Virus record (IMG/VR): IMGVR_UViG_3300032305_000417
Coordinates: 1 to 33,682 of that record
DNA length: 33,682 nt
DNA from: a virus
Lineage: Duplodnaviria > Caudoviricetes
Strand: one strand, 5' to 3'
The position numbers were made by a program, and so were the translations under genes. Below, piece after piece: positions 9,088 through 19,276 of the stretch. Numbering within the stretch: position 1 is the first letter of the stretch; each line of letters begins with the position of its first letter. The notes beneath the pieces were generated by a model. That model was not told the DNA's origin, did not search any database, and was given only the letters and a program-made list of their open reading frames with translations.

Positions 9088-11075
9088 TAGTTATCTCCCC
9101 CACTTGCTTTAAGGTTTGCGCCAATAATGACAGCGTTAACAGGGTCTGTAATTGACACCTCAAACACACGGTCACGCGCAAAGCCCAATCTGCGCCAAAT
9201 GGCACGATTTTTAAATTTACCCAATTGGCCAATACTGACCCAATATTCTTTTGACCAAGTAGAGCCGCCATCGTTAGACCAACGCAACATTGCTTGCGGA
9301 TTGGTTGTGGTGTTTATGCTGCTTAAAGTGGCTTGCGTACCCAAAACATACGTTTCAAACGGGCCAATGGTAAAAGTTGCATCTGGCAAAATGATGTACG
9401 GCGAAGTGATAAAAATATCACCATTTGACCGTGAAAGCCCTGTTGTGCCAACGCCAGGCTGAAACTGAATCTGCAACTCATCAAAAAACTGGCGCTGATA
9501 GTCAGTTACCAAATGCGGCGCTCTACGCAGTCTGCGTACATTTTGACCGTTATCTGTGTAGTTCTTTTTGTCTAATTCGTAGATGCGGCCATTTTCATAG
9601 TCGCCAACCAAAACCATGCCCTGAAACACAGCGCAGCAGTTACCACGATGCCGCTGGTAAGAGTTGTCATCAGCCGTGTAAAGTCACTTGTGCCACATAC
9701 CTGAAGCAATGTCGTAAGCCCATGTTAGTTGCAACGTAGGAAACGTAACGACATAGATTTCATGGCCTTCAAGCTGGTAAGTCCAAGCAATAGCATCATC
9801 AATGTATTGATTTGTTAAAGAATTTTCAACAGCGTGGGTAGAAATACGCGCTGGCACATAACCATTCATTTGCATGATTTGCGCTTGGCCACGATTGTTG
9901 CGTGAAACGTAACAGAACGAATTGCCAAATCTAGCTAGTGAAAATGGTGCTGCACAGCCGTGTTGGGTAGAAGTGCCAGGTATTCTTTGGAACGGAAAAG
10001 GCACAGAGCCTACATCTGTCCACACTTCTGAAGATACTTCACCCAACAAATAAACTTCGCGGTGGTCAACGATCAGCGCCACTAAATCGTCAGGTGAGCC
10101 ATCTTTCAGCGAAAAGCTGTTCTGCGGCGATATAGGCGACAAAAGATCAGTTGCACCAAACTGCTGTGTCGTGGGGTTGTTGTAAACAATGTAGTTGTCC
10201 ATTACGTCAACGGTATTTGCACCGCTAAACGCGCCATCAGTAGAAGGCAAAACAGAAAAGTTAATTGCGTACATGGTCACGCCAACGCCAACCGTACTGG
10301 CAACGCTTAACGTGTAAGTTCCAACGCCGCCTGTGCCTGTTCCCAAGGCGGTAACAACTGTGTCTGCGGTAACGCCTACGCCTTGGATAGTCTGACCCAA
10401 ATAAATAGTGCCAGTAGCCACAGCGGAAACAGTCATTGTCGTGCCAGCAATCGTTGCCGTAAATCTAGCGCCAGTAGTCGTGGAATTCAGGCTTCTAGCT
10501 GTTACTGTTTGCGACACGTTAATTGTATATGTACCCGTTCCACCAGTTCCAGTACCTAAAGCGGTAATAACGGTTTCATCAGCAACACCAACGCCATACA
10601 ACGATTGGCTGGCCGCAATAGTGCCGCTAGACACGCTTGTGACAGTTAGGGTAGTGCCGCTAACAGAACCTGTAAAAACAGCGTTAGCAGGGCTAGAAAT
10701 GCGCCATGTGTAACGAAACGCCCCATCAACAAGATAGACGTTCACGCCGTTGTCAGTAATTCTTACCTGACCAGCGGATGAATTCAAAATGCCAATAACA
10801 GACGGCACTAAGTTAGAAGTTAGCGCGTATACATACGGGCCAGACACCACAACCATTTGCGAACCGCCAGAAACTGTACGCATACCGCGCACCTCTTGCG
10901 TGTTAGGCAAAACCGCTTTTAGCGTAAGTCCAGGCGTTGGATAAAGAGCCACCACGCCATTAACGCCAGGCTGCTTTAACGGGTCAATTTCAGGAAAAAA
11001 GTTAATACATTCCTGTGCATCTTGGTAGATGCTTGGTGCTTCGTAACTTGGGCCAACAAAGCCAAAATCTGGCAT
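9087..11075 (-). CDS. Tail hub / packaged-DNA stabilization protein (P22 gp10-like), interrupted by one in-frame TGA at 9684-9686
   Basis: ORFs 9684-11075 and 9087-9629 are in the same frame ([25 protein letters not shown]); motifs [32 protein letters not shown]. Confidence 0.85.
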
Positions 11076-11084
11076 ATCAGTCCT

Positions 11085-12065
11085 TTAAATAAAGCCGCCA
11101 GAAAGAATCCAGCCTGCATCTTTTGATTTGCCAACCAGAATTGAATCAGGGTAACGCGCAACTTGAAGGGGTGACATATTGGTACGCTTTAACGTAGCCT
11201 TTGCTTGTGCGGCGTATTGCTGAATCATTCCAATTTGCATCTGGTTTGCTTTGCCGTACATAGGCATTAAGCGTTCTGCAAGACACCAACGCAAGCACAT
11301 TGAGTAACCTTGTGGCAAAACAACATCTTCATACAGACTGCCGTAGCGTGTAAACAAGGTGTTTGCAAACAAGTGCATTTCACCCTGTGATGGATTAGGC
11401 CAAACAAACAGGTTTGCAGATTCTTCATTAGGGTTGTAATAAACAGCTTTAGGCCAAGGGCCGTTTAGCGTTTTCAAACCAATCATTTGATAGTCTTGCA
11501 AAGACAAAACAGAAACTGGATAGTCCAGACCGCCGCCCGTAATTGGTTGACCGTTTGCGGTAGTGTTTACCCTAACAAATGCCGAATCAATGTTTAACGG
11601 TTTTTGGTAGTTTGCTGTGATCGTTGTAGTTGCGACAGTTTGCGGGATGCTTACCCGATATGTACCAGCTTGCAAGACATTACCGCCAGCGCCAGTAATT
11701 TCTAGGGTAATACGTGTGCCAGCAATGATGCCGCCGCCGCTTAACAGTTGACCTTGTGCCACAGCGCCTGAGTTAACAGTTGTGACGGTCAGAATGTCGC
11801 CAGCAATTGACCCTTGAAACGATGCGCCAATAAAGTTGGTTGTTTGCGGATATGGGCCAAGGCTGTACTGCACTTGCCCAGCTATCACAGGAAAAATAAT
11901 TTCTGTGACGTTAAACACCATCATGTTTTCGTTTGACCATTGATCTACAAGGTCGTTCATCATGTCAAACGCATCTTGCGCTGCGTCTGGTGTTGGCGTT
12001 TCACCAGCTTCTAATGCGCCAATATCTTTTAACGCTCTAGAAATTAAATCTATTGGCTTTGTCAT
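11085..12065 (-). CDS. Head-to-tail adaptor (P22 gp4 position) with inserted beta-rich module
   Basis: [19 protein letters not shown] start, [14 protein letters not shown] end; directly upstream of gp10-like gene. Confidence 0.72.
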   Translation of the reverse strand: MTKPIDLISRALKDIGALEAGETPTPDAAQDAFDMMNDLVDQWSNENMMVFNVTEIIFPVIAGQVQYSLGPYPQTTNFIGASFQGSIAGDILTVTTVNSGAVAQGQLLSGGGIIAGTRITLEITGAGGNVLQAGTYRVSIPQTVATTTITANYQKPLNIDSAFVRVNTTANGQPITGGGLDYPVSVLSLQDYQMIGLKTLNGPWPKAVYYNPNEESANLFVWPNPSQGEMHLFANTLFTRYGSLYEDVVLPQGYSMCLRWCLAERLMPMYGKANQMQIGMIQQYAAQAKATLKRTNMSPLQVARYPDSILVGKSKDAGWILSGGFI

Positions 12066-12074
12066 GTTTTTACC

Positions 12075-12386
12075 TTACAGGTCTGGTGTGAAGGTCTGCG
12101 GCAACCAAGGTGCTGGGACAGGCTTCTTAGACAACGATTTTAACTGTTCAACTATCCTTGATTTTATGATGTTTTCACCATAAAGAACAGAATCATCTTC
12201 AACCCATTTTGCAATCATGTCTTCAGTCACATCTGCAAATGGAACGGACAATTTTGGCTGCTTAAATGTCCAGTAACCTTCTGTCTCAACGGTGTTTTCA
12301 CCATCTGTGCCAGAACAGAAATATTTAACAGACGTAATCATTTCACCGTCTGCATAAACTTCTAAGATTTTCCAAGCAAAGCCCAT
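12075..12386 (-). CDS. Hypothetical protein, possible tail-fibre assembly protein
   Basis: VPFADVTEDMIAKWV and PAPW motifs typical of small fibre-associated ORFs. Confidence 0.6.
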   Translation of the reverse strand: MGFAWKILEVYADGEMITSVKYFCSGTDGENTVETEGYWTFKQPKLSVPFADVTEDMIAKWVEDDSVLYGENIIKSRIVEQLKSLSKKPVPAPWLPQTFTPDL

Positions 12387-12550
12387 TACGCAGCCTCATC
12401 CGCTGGCTCTGGCGTGTTGCCTTCGTCAAGCCATTTCAAATAGGCTTGGTAGTCGGTATTGGCGGGGTCAAATGGGATGAAGGCGCTGTCGATCAGGCGA
12501 ATTACCGAATTAGGCTCTGTTCTTCCCAAAGGTGTGTGCAATTTGTACAT
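12386..12550 (-). CDS. Small tail-fibre-associated protein (54 aa, not in ORF track)
   Basis: [54 protein letters not shown]; abuts fibre stop, TAATG-coupled to next gene. Confidence 0.75.
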   Translation of the reverse strand: MYKLHTPLGRTEPNSVIRLIDSAFIPFDPANTDYQAYLKWLDEGNTPEPADEAA

Positions 12551-13969
12551 TTATAACTCCGCAGAAGCAGTAATTGAGGACGTTGTGTTGTTGTTACTTG
12601 TCAGCAAATATCCACCGTTTGCTGCAATACCAGTTGATGTGCAGCTAACTGAAAACGCATCTACCCCAAATTCAGCAGAGACAATTCCAGACAGCACGTT
12701 GCCAAAACTCCATAGAAAACTAGAAGCTGTGCTAAACGTCAATGTAGGTTGCGCTCGCATTGTTTGAGCAGTTTTTATAATCACCCTAAAGTCAGTTGTA
12801 TTTACACCATGCCCCATTCCATAAGGGCCATAGCTAGTTGTAGGCGACATCTTGAAACAATACCGCTGGCACAAAGCCAACTCAGTACCATAAGGTCTGT
12901 AATCGAAACTAGTGGCTGTGCTGCCTTGTTCTAGTTGAACGCCTGTGATGTAGAAGGTGGCTCCGTTAGTGCCTACTACGCTTGTTGCACCTGTGGCTGA
13001 TAAATATTGATTTGCTGACCAAGAACCAGCAGTTCCTGATTTTGTAGAACCAACTCCAAGACCAAAATTTACTTTTATTCCTGCGCCATTTGTAGTCAAC
13101 CAAGTCCCAGTGGTATCGCCAGCAATAGTGACACTAATTTGTGTCCAAGTATTTGCAGAAGATATGGTATATGTAAATGGATAAGACCTATTTTCTGCGC
13201 TATTTGCCAAAGACCCACCAAAAGTCCCAGTTAAAGAACTGCGAACCCAGAATGAAAGCGTAATCGTTGCCGCATTGGCAGTACCCCAAGACAAATCAGC
13301 AACATTGAATCCTTCAATTACCTGTACAAGAATAAAAAAATCAGTTGAGGTAACCGAATAGGATGACTGTGATGTCAATCCAAGATAATTTGCATATCCC
13401 GCTGGTGGAGTAACGCTACCAGCATTTTGTTGCATTGCAAGTTTAGATGCTTGAGTAATTGCAAGAACCCATCTATCAATTCCATAAGCTGTTGCCGTAG
13501 GAGTAACACTAGCCCCCGCATTACGCTGGTCAATCACCATCGCACCATTGATGATGCGGTTCTTGAAGCCGTTGTAACCAATTGTTGTGCCTGTGCCGCC
13601 GTTGGCTTCTGGCAATACACCAGTAACACCAGTAGTTAGCGGCAAACCAGTAGCGTTTGTAAGCGTACCGCTTGCAGGCGTTCCTAATGTTGGAGTTGTC
13701 AGAGTTGGGCTTGTCAAAGTAAGACCAGCCACAGTAGTAGCGGCTGCACCCAAAGCAATAGCCGTAGAACCCACAGTTACGCTTGAGTTTGTCAGCTTGG
13801 CGTTGGCGATAGAACCAGCCAACATTGTGTTGGTCACAGTACCTGTGTCGCCAGTAGTTACCATGTTTCCCGCAGTAGCAGGAACGTTGATGTTAAACGT
13901 TGAAGCCGTATTAGGGCCAACCAGATTAACCTGGCCGCCTAGTGTTGCTTGAAATACAAGTTGTCCCAT
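12551..13969 (-). CDS. Tail fibre / receptor-binding protein with putative carbohydrate-binding domain
   Basis: Thr-rich shaft, GFKNRIINGAMVIDQRN...ITGVQLEQG..ELALCQRY framework, variable C-terminus. Confidence 0.8.
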   Translation of the reverse strand: MGQLVFQATLGGQVNLVGPNTASTFNINVPATAGNMVTTGDTGTVTNTMLAGSIANAKLTNSSVTVGSTAIALGAAATTVAGLTLTSPTLTTPTLGTPASGTLTNATGLPLTTGVTGVLPEANGGTGTTIGYNGFKNRIINGAMVIDQRNAGASVTPTATAYGIDRWVLAITQASKLAMQQNAGSVTPPAGYANYLGLTSQSSYSVTSTDFFILVQVIEGFNVADLSWGTANAATITLSFWVRSSLTGTFGGSLANSAENRSYPFTYTISSANTWTQISVTIAGDTTGTWLTTNGAGIKVNFGLGVGSTKSGTAGSWSANQYLSATGATSVVGTNGATFYITGVQLEQGSTATSFDYRPYGTELALCQRYCFKMSPTTSYGPYGMGHGVNTTDFRVIIKTAQTMRAQPTLTFSTASSFLWSFGNVLSGIVSAEFGVDAFSVSCTSTGIAANGGYLLTSNNNTTSSITASAEL

Positions 13970-13978
13970 AATTTTTCC

Positions 13979-14248
13979 TTATGCGTCTTCGGCGCCATCA
14001 AACTCAGGCTTTTGCTTAATGATTGCGTACAGGGCAGCACGATCAGCACCAGCAACGTACTCGTCACCAGCAATCTGCACCTTACCTGCGCTCAGAGGTT
14101 GTTTACCAGCTTCACGGGCTTCCTTGGATGCGTAGCCGTAGAAGGTCACTTCAGTACCTTGGCCTTTGAAGTCTTCTTGTACTGCGCCGATGTTCCAATA
14201 GGTCGCTGGAATTCCGAAGTCGGTGTCTACTGATTTAATGAGTGCCAT
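13979..14248 (-). CDS. Hypothetical protein, possible fibre chaperone
   Basis: 89 aa directly after long fibre gene; AAGGA RBS. Confidence 0.6.
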   Translation of the reverse strand: MALIKSVDTDFGIPATYWNIGAVQEDFKGQGTEVTFYGYASKEAREAGKQPLSAGKVQIAGDEYVAGADRAALYAIIKQKPEFDGAEDA

Positions 14249-14261
14249 TTTGATTTCCTTG

Positions 14262-16781
14262 TTAACCTACGAGTAAGCGGCGGGTTGTTCCACCAGAATC
14301 TTTAATTTCAATGTAGCCTGTGGGGGCCAATACACTAGCTGTGTGCGTACCAAACCTGACGTTACCTGTTCCCTTTGGTGTTAGGGTTAGGTCTATGTTT
14401 GTGTCTGAGCCAGCAACGCTAAATGTAGGAGAAGCGCCAGTTGCAGCACCTGTAACAGTTGCATAGTTGACAATAGTTCCTGCCGTGTCTACAACTCTAA
14501 ATTGCTCTCTTGTTCCAGTAAAGAATTTAACAGCGCCGTTGCCTTTGGATAAAAATTCTAAGTTGGCGTTTGCATCAGAACCTTGTGTAGAAATTTGAGG
14601 CCCGTTACCTGTTGCTCGACCAGTAACCTGTACGTAGTTCACAGCAGAGGCTGTGTGGGTTACAGCAAATTGTTGGTTAGCGTTTGCGTTTGTGTAAAAA
14701 GTAAGTGAACCTGTACTACGAGAACTCATACGCAAATCAACGCTTCCAGAAGCAGCGTTTGCAAATACGCGAGCAGTTGTAGTGCCGCCTTGAGTTTCAA
14801 TCCAAGTTGTTGTTAACGTAGTACCAATATCACTAACTCTAAACGCTTCTCCACTAGGCGTTGCAAAAGAAAGAGCAGAACCTACGGTCTTTAATGTAGG
14901 AATTGAACCCACAGTAGCATAAGCAGCAGCACCAGAGCCACCACCACCTGAGAAGGTTACTGTTGGTTGTTCTACGTAGCCACTACCTGCGTTGGTGATG
15001 GTAATCGTACTGTTAACGCCAAAAGTTGCATTAAAAGTTGCGCCCGAACCTGTGCCGCCAGTTACTGATATTGGATTTGATGGGGCAACTGTATAACTAC
15101 CACGTGCAGCACCTGCTATTGAAACAGAAGTAATAACACCGCCTGAAACGCCAGTTACAGTTAATGTTGCCGCTACGGTAAAAGTACCGCCAGATAATGT
15201 AAGAACATCTCCATTTGTATATCCAGTTCCTCCAGAAACAACAGTAGGTGTGGATTCAACCCAAATAGTAATTCCTAAAGTTGCTTGTACGCCGCCCGCA
15301 GTAGTTGGCGCAGATACGGCAACTGTTGGAAGAGTTGTATAACCCGTTCCTCCAGTAGTCCTAGTAATAGCAGTAACAGTACCCCCGTTACTAATGTTCA
15401 CACCGCTAGAGCCAGCAGCTAGGTCAATGGCTCCTGTGCCTTTGCTTTGGAATACTTGGGAGATGTTTGTGTCTGAGCCTAAAGATTTAAATTCAACAGC
15501 CTTGGTTGTAGCACCGCCTGTAAGTTGTCCGTAGTTAGCAGACCCACCACCGCCGATCAACGTAGTAAACGTACCAGCAGCAGGGGTTGTAGCGCCGATG
15601 GTTACATTGTCCATTTCACCAACAGAGACAGGGGCAATTTCAACCGAGTTAACGCCAGTAGGCTTTATGTGAACGTGGCCTGTCCCCGTAGGGCTAATGT
15701 CAATCTGTGCGTTTGTACCGTTTAGATTGGTAGAAACATTGATAGACATATTATCGCCACCACCAGCGCCCATGCTCATTTGAGTAGTGCCAGCAGAGTT
15801 CTTTAGAGCTAATCCAGCAGAGTTGGTAGCCTGAACAGCCGTCAATGTCAATGTGCCTGTGCTTGGCACAAACCCCAACTTTGTAGACGATGTTTTAACA
15901 GGTAAATTGCCCGTTGTGTTTGTTACAAAAGTTGGATAAACAGTAGAAACTGTGGTTGTATCGTCAGTAATTGCTACGTTTGTTGCATTGGTTGCCGTTG
16001 TCGCCGTTGTCGCTGTGCTTGCGTTACCCGTCAAAGCGCCTACAAAAGCGGTAGATGTAACAGAAGTTAGGTTAGCAAACGTTGTAACCGTAGCACCTAG
16101 TGCAACAGCAGTTGAACCGATCGTTACGCTTGAGTTAACCAATGCGCCATTAGGAATACTTGTTAAAGCAGCGCCTGAACCGCTAAACCCTGTGGCCGTT
16201 AAAACGCCCGTAGAAGGATTAAATTGGTATTTGGTACTGCTGACAAACTCTGTCGTTAAATTGCCTGCTGTCGCGTCTGCAAACAGCGGATAACGGGTCG
16301 CATTGGTGGTCGTGTCATCTGTAACTGTTGCGTAAGCCGTTGGATTGCTCCACGTTGGCGCACTAGAAGCATTAGATGTTAAAACCTGACCTGCTGAACC
16401 GTTAGTTACAAAATTAGTTACGCCTGGCGCGGCCTGATAAAGAATATTACCCGCTAAACCATTAGCAATGTTTGTCGTTGCTGAAGCCGTACCATTTAAT
16501 ACGCCCTGAAACACACTTGCAGTAAGCGTTCCAGTTGACGGATTAAAAGATAGCTTGGTAGAAGTTACATCAAGCAAAGTCACTTGGCCTGTGCTTACAG
16601 GGCTAAGTGTTGGGTAAAGCGTTGCATTAAGAGTTGTTACATCTTGTATGCCAATGCTATCAGTCGCCGAAACAATGAACGGCTGACCCTGACCAATAAA
16701 CGTATTAAACGAATTGTCTACATTAAACAGCGCCTGAACAGGCAGAATGTTTTGTGTTTCAACTTCGGCAGGGTCAGCCAT
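14262..16781 (-). CDS. Long repetitive fibre protein
   Basis: 839 aa Thr/Gly/Ser-rich with several internal repeat families (DDTTT..YP.F..STK..FNPSTG.LT; GSDTNI...KGTG; GG.GYT). Confidence 0.8.
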   Translation of the reverse strand: MADPAEVETQNILPVQALFNVDNSFNTFIGQGQPFIVSATDSIGIQDVTTLNATLYPTLSPVSTGQVTLLDVTSTKLSFNPSTGTLTASVFQGVLNGTASATTNIANGLAGNILYQAAPGVTNFVTNGSAGQVLTSNASSAPTWSNPTAYATVTDDTTTNATRYPLFADATAGNLTTEFVSSTKYQFNPSTGVLTATGFSGSGAALTSIPNGALVNSSVTIGSTAVALGATVTTFANLTSVTSTAFVGALTGNASTATTATTATNATNVAITDDTTTVSTVYPTFVTNTTGNLPVKTSSTKLGFVPSTGTLTLTAVQATNSAGLALKNSAGTTQMSMGAGGGDNMSINVSTNLNGTNAQIDISPTGTGHVHIKPTGVNSVEIAPVSVGEMDNVTIGATTPAAGTFTTLIGGGGSANYGQLTGGATTKAVEFKSLGSDTNISQVFQSKGTGAIDLAAGSSGVNISNGGTVTAITRTTGGTGYTTLPTVAVSAPTTAGGVQATLGITIWVESTPTVVSGGTGYTNGDVLTLSGGTFTVAATLTVTGVSGGVITSVSIAGAARGSYTVAPSNPISVTGGTGSGATFNATFGVNSTITITNAGSGYVEQPTVTFSGGGGSGAAAYATVGSIPTLKTVGSALSFATPSGEAFRVSDIGTTLTTTWIETQGGTTTARVFANAASGSVDLRMSSRSTGSLTFYTNANANQQFAVTHTASAVNYVQVTGRATGNGPQISTQGSDANANLEFLSKGNGAVKFFTGTREQFRVVDTAGTIVNYATVTGAATGASPTFSVAGSDTNIDLTLTPKGTGNVRFGTHTASVLAPTGYIEIKDSGGTTRRLLVG

Positions 16782-16790
16782 AAATCCCCT

Positions 16791-17141
16791 TTAGGATTGG
16801 TCGCCAACAGGTGTGACGTACAAAATAGACGGGCCAGCGGCAGAACCGATAGCGCGAACATAGAAGGGGGCTGCGGGAACAGCCAAGATAACTGGTCTTG
16901 TCATAAGTGGTGGCAAGACGTAATCACCTTGTGTAGAAGCTGCAACTGGAAACACAGCAGCACCAACGTTAGCGTCACCAAATTTCACCGCAACAGCCAC
17001 AGAGCCTGTATTTAGGACAGAAACAAAGTTAACTTGGTCGTTGGTATAGCCTGCTTTGATTTCCAATGCAGTAGACGATGTAGCCGTTACGGAAATAGCG
17101 TGTGTATTTCCTGCAACGCGCAAAACAGATGTAGCAGCCAT
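16791..17141 (-). CDS. Virion structural protein (head decoration/accessory)
   Basis: 116 aa beta-rich, ILYVTPVG C-terminus, located in head cluster. Confidence 0.55.
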   Translation of the reverse strand: MAATSVLRVAGNTHAISVTATSSTALEIKAGYTNDQVNFVSVLNTGSVAVAVKFGDANVGAAVFPVAASTQGDYVLPPLMTRPVILAVPAAPFYVRAIGSAAGPSILYVTPVGDQS

Positions 17142-17143
17142 GA

Positions 17144-17470
17144 TTAACCCGCAGTTACAGGCAACGGGCCTTCAGCGCGAACGATCTGGATGTTGTAAAC
17201 ACCAGCAGTAGGCACAACGCCAGCAGCAGTCAAGTTACCAAACTGAATGGTCAAGACGTTAGCAGTCAAGCAATCAGCTTGTGCGATAACGATGCCAGCA
17301 ATTTGAGCCACATTCATGCCGATCACGGTCACGATGTCAGTTGTTTGCAAACCAGCAATGCTAAAAGTTTGTGCAGCAGTTGTATTAGCGGCAACAGAAG
17401 CTGGTGTCAGGCTAGGTGCAATGTAGAAAGTAGAAAGGGAGTTTCCACGGGCAATGGTGGTAGAAGGCAT
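17144..17470 (-). CDS. Capsid decoration protein-like, paralog 2
   Basis: SLTPASVAANTTAAQTFSIAGL..D.V.V..LTIQFGN; similar to 17562-17939. Confidence 0.6.
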   Translation of the reverse strand: MPSTTIARGNSLSTFYIAPSLTPASVAANTTAAQTFSIAGLQTTDIVTVIGMNVAQIAGIVIAQADCLTANVLTIQFGNLTAAGVVPTAGVYNIQIVRAEGPLPVTAG

Positions 17471-17507
17471 GATGATTCCTTACAAAAGAACAATTTGATT
17501 GTACGAT

Positions 17508-17542
17508 AAAAAAAGAAAAGGCCACCCCTTTTGAGAGTGGCC
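17508..17542 (-). terminator. Rho-independent terminator
   Basis: Minus strand GGCCACTCTC-AAAA-GGGGTGGCC followed by TTTTCTTTTTTT, 20 nt after a stop codon. Confidence 0.8.
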
Positions 17543-17561
17543 CGTTCTTATTTCTTCCAGC

Positions 17562-17939
17562 TTACCAAGAAAGCAATGGAGAAGTTGCAGTCGAGCCAGT
17601 TAGGGTGCTTGGACGCTGCACAGACACCAAGTAAGCGCCAGCAGCAGGAGTTACGCTCGCTGCGGTTGGGTTTACAAAGCGGATGGTCAACTGGTCAGCA
17701 GCAGAAACGTAAGCGTCAAGAACGCCAACGCCAGCAGTCTGAGCGCCGTTAAAAGCCACAGAAACCATGTCGCCAACTGCCAAGCCAATGCCAGTATTGG
17801 CAAAGTTTTGGGCTGCTGTGGTAATGGTTGCAACTGCTGCGGGGGTCAAGGAGAGAGAGAACACGCCACCCTTGACAACGTTTGTCATTGGGGCAAACGA
17901 TTCTTGGGTGATGGTGGTTGCTGGGCCTGGATTTGCCAT
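17562..17939 (-). CDS. Capsid decoration protein-like, paralog 1
   Basis: SLTPAAVATITTAAQNF..GL..GD.V.V..LTIRFVN; follows coat gene. Confidence 0.6.
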   Translation of the reverse strand: MANPGPATTITQESFAPMTNVVKGGVFSLSLTPAAVATITTAAQNFANTGIGLAVGDMVSVAFNGAQTAGVGVLDAYVSAADQLTIRFVNPTAASVTPAAGAYLVSVQRPSTLTGSTATSPLLSW

Positions 17940-17970
17940 GATAATTTCCTTAAAAATTGATTTAAATAAC

Positions 17971-17988
17971 GGGGGTTTTTACGCCCCC
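17971..17988 (-). terminator. GC hairpin after coat gene (weak terminator or RNA-stability element)
   Basis: GGGGG-CGTAAAAA-CCCCC then GTTATTT. Confidence 0.5.
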
Positions 17989-17995
17989 ATCAGAT

Positions 17996-19252
17996 TTAGG
18001 CTGCAACTCGGCAAGCCAACTCAGGGTACAAAGGAGCCCAACCGTAGAGAACATCCAAACGAGTTGGGATGCTGTCGTTGTTGATTGTGTACTGACGCAC
18101 CACACGCATTGACAAGCCGATTTCTTTATCAGAAGCGCGGCCAGCAAAATGCACACCTTCTGGCAATTCCAGATCGGCTACTGCCAAAGTGAAAGCGTTT
18201 TTGTGCATGATGATGTTTTGTGGAGACACAACACCTGTGCTGTTGAATTGGGTCACAGCGGCAGAAGCAGAAGTAGTCGGGATAGACACGTTCTGGAACT
18301 GGCCAGCAGTAATCACAGCAGGGGACACAATCACAGAGCCAGAAGCACCAGATGCGATAGCAACAGTTGACTTAACAACAAAGTTACGCAGGCGGTTAGT
18401 ACCGTAGGCTTGGCGGTTTTGTGGGTTAACAGCAAACACACCAGCGATAGTGATAACGTCACCAGCGTTCAGGTTCAATGTACCTGTGTTGGCGGCTGTC
18501 AAAGTGATGGTGGAGCTAGATGCCCAACCGCTGGTCAAGAAACCAGTAGCTGTGGTAGTAGCAACAGAAGCGGTCACGGTGGTGGTGCTATTAGAACCAA
18601 ACACTTGCGACACAACGTTCTGGTCCATTTTCCACTTCATGCCTGCGCTGTCAGTACCCATCATGCCTTTTTCGTATTGGTCGCTGATCTTTTGAGTAGG
18701 AGCAAACAAACCTTTCAAGCTGTCAACAATAGTTGCAGATGTGAAGGGTTCAACGATACATGAACGGCGACCGTCACGGGGTGCGCCTTCGCTGTCCAAG
18801 AACGCGCCAGCAGTCAGATAAGTGATCAAACCTGTGGGTGGTGTGCCAGCAGTACCAACGATGTTGGCAGTTTGCAGGGTAGCCATAGCCAAGCCATCAC
18901 GGTCGATCTTGTTAGCGATCGCTGCAATTGCAGGCTTCAACACACGGTCAGAGAACATATCCAAAGACAGAGCCAAATCTTGTGTAGTGAATTGGGTATC
19001 AACGTGGAACTGAGTAGACAGGGTAACAGGCACGCTAGTCTCGTTGAAGTCTTCAACGTTCAAAGCGGGGCCAGTTGTACCGATGAAACGACCAGGGCGG
19101 CGAACGTTAACGGTTGCGCCGATTTTTGCGCCAGTAACGGCGAATTGGTCATCATAGTTGCGGTCAACTTCAGATGTGAAGGTTAGTTCGTTTTCCAAGA
19201 CCATCAACGCTTCGTTGGTGATCTTGCTAATGGTTAAGAGATTATTTGCCAT
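17996..19252 (-). CDS. Major capsid protein (P22 gp5 family)
   Basis: ITNEALMVLENEL, KIGATVNVRRP, RVLKPAIAAIANKID, RLDVLYGW motifs. Confidence 0.93.
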   Translation of the reverse strand: MANNLLTISKITNEALMVLENELTFTSEVDRNYDDQFAVTGAKIGATVNVRRPGRFIGTTGPALNVEDFNETSVPVTLSTQFHVDTQFTTQDLALSLDMFSDRVLKPAIAAIANKIDRDGLAMATLQTANIVGTAGTPPTGLITYLTAGAFLDSEGAPRDGRRSCIVEPFTSATIVDSLKGLFAPTQKISDQYEKGMMGTDSAGMKWKMDQNVVSQVFGSNSTTTVTASVATTTATGFLTSGWASSSTITLTAANTGTLNLNAGDVITIAGVFAVNPQNRQAYGTNRLRNFVVKSTVAIASGASGSVIVSPAVITAGQFQNVSIPTTSASAAVTQFNSTGVVSPQNIIMHKNAFTLAVADLELPEGVHFAGRASDKEIGLSMRVVRQYTINNDSIPTRLDVLYGWAPLYPELACRVAA

Positions 19253-19276
19253 TTTTTGCTTTCAAAAAGATTAGGT

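Noticed and set aside
9630-9686. Selenocysteine insertion or alternative genetic code (TGA=Trp/Gly)
   Set aside because: No convincing SECIS hairpin; context suggests Trp not Cys; TGA terminates many genes in ATGA overlaps and TGG is used normally
12551-12900. Diversity-generating retroelement target in fibre C-terminus
   Set aside because: No reverse transcriptase and no template repeat seen in the genome
17936-17953. 18-bp identity with 26370-26387 (CCATGATAATTTCCTTAA)
   Set aside because: Covers only the RBS-spacer-ATG of two late genes; convergence on a strong initiation region is sufficient explanation
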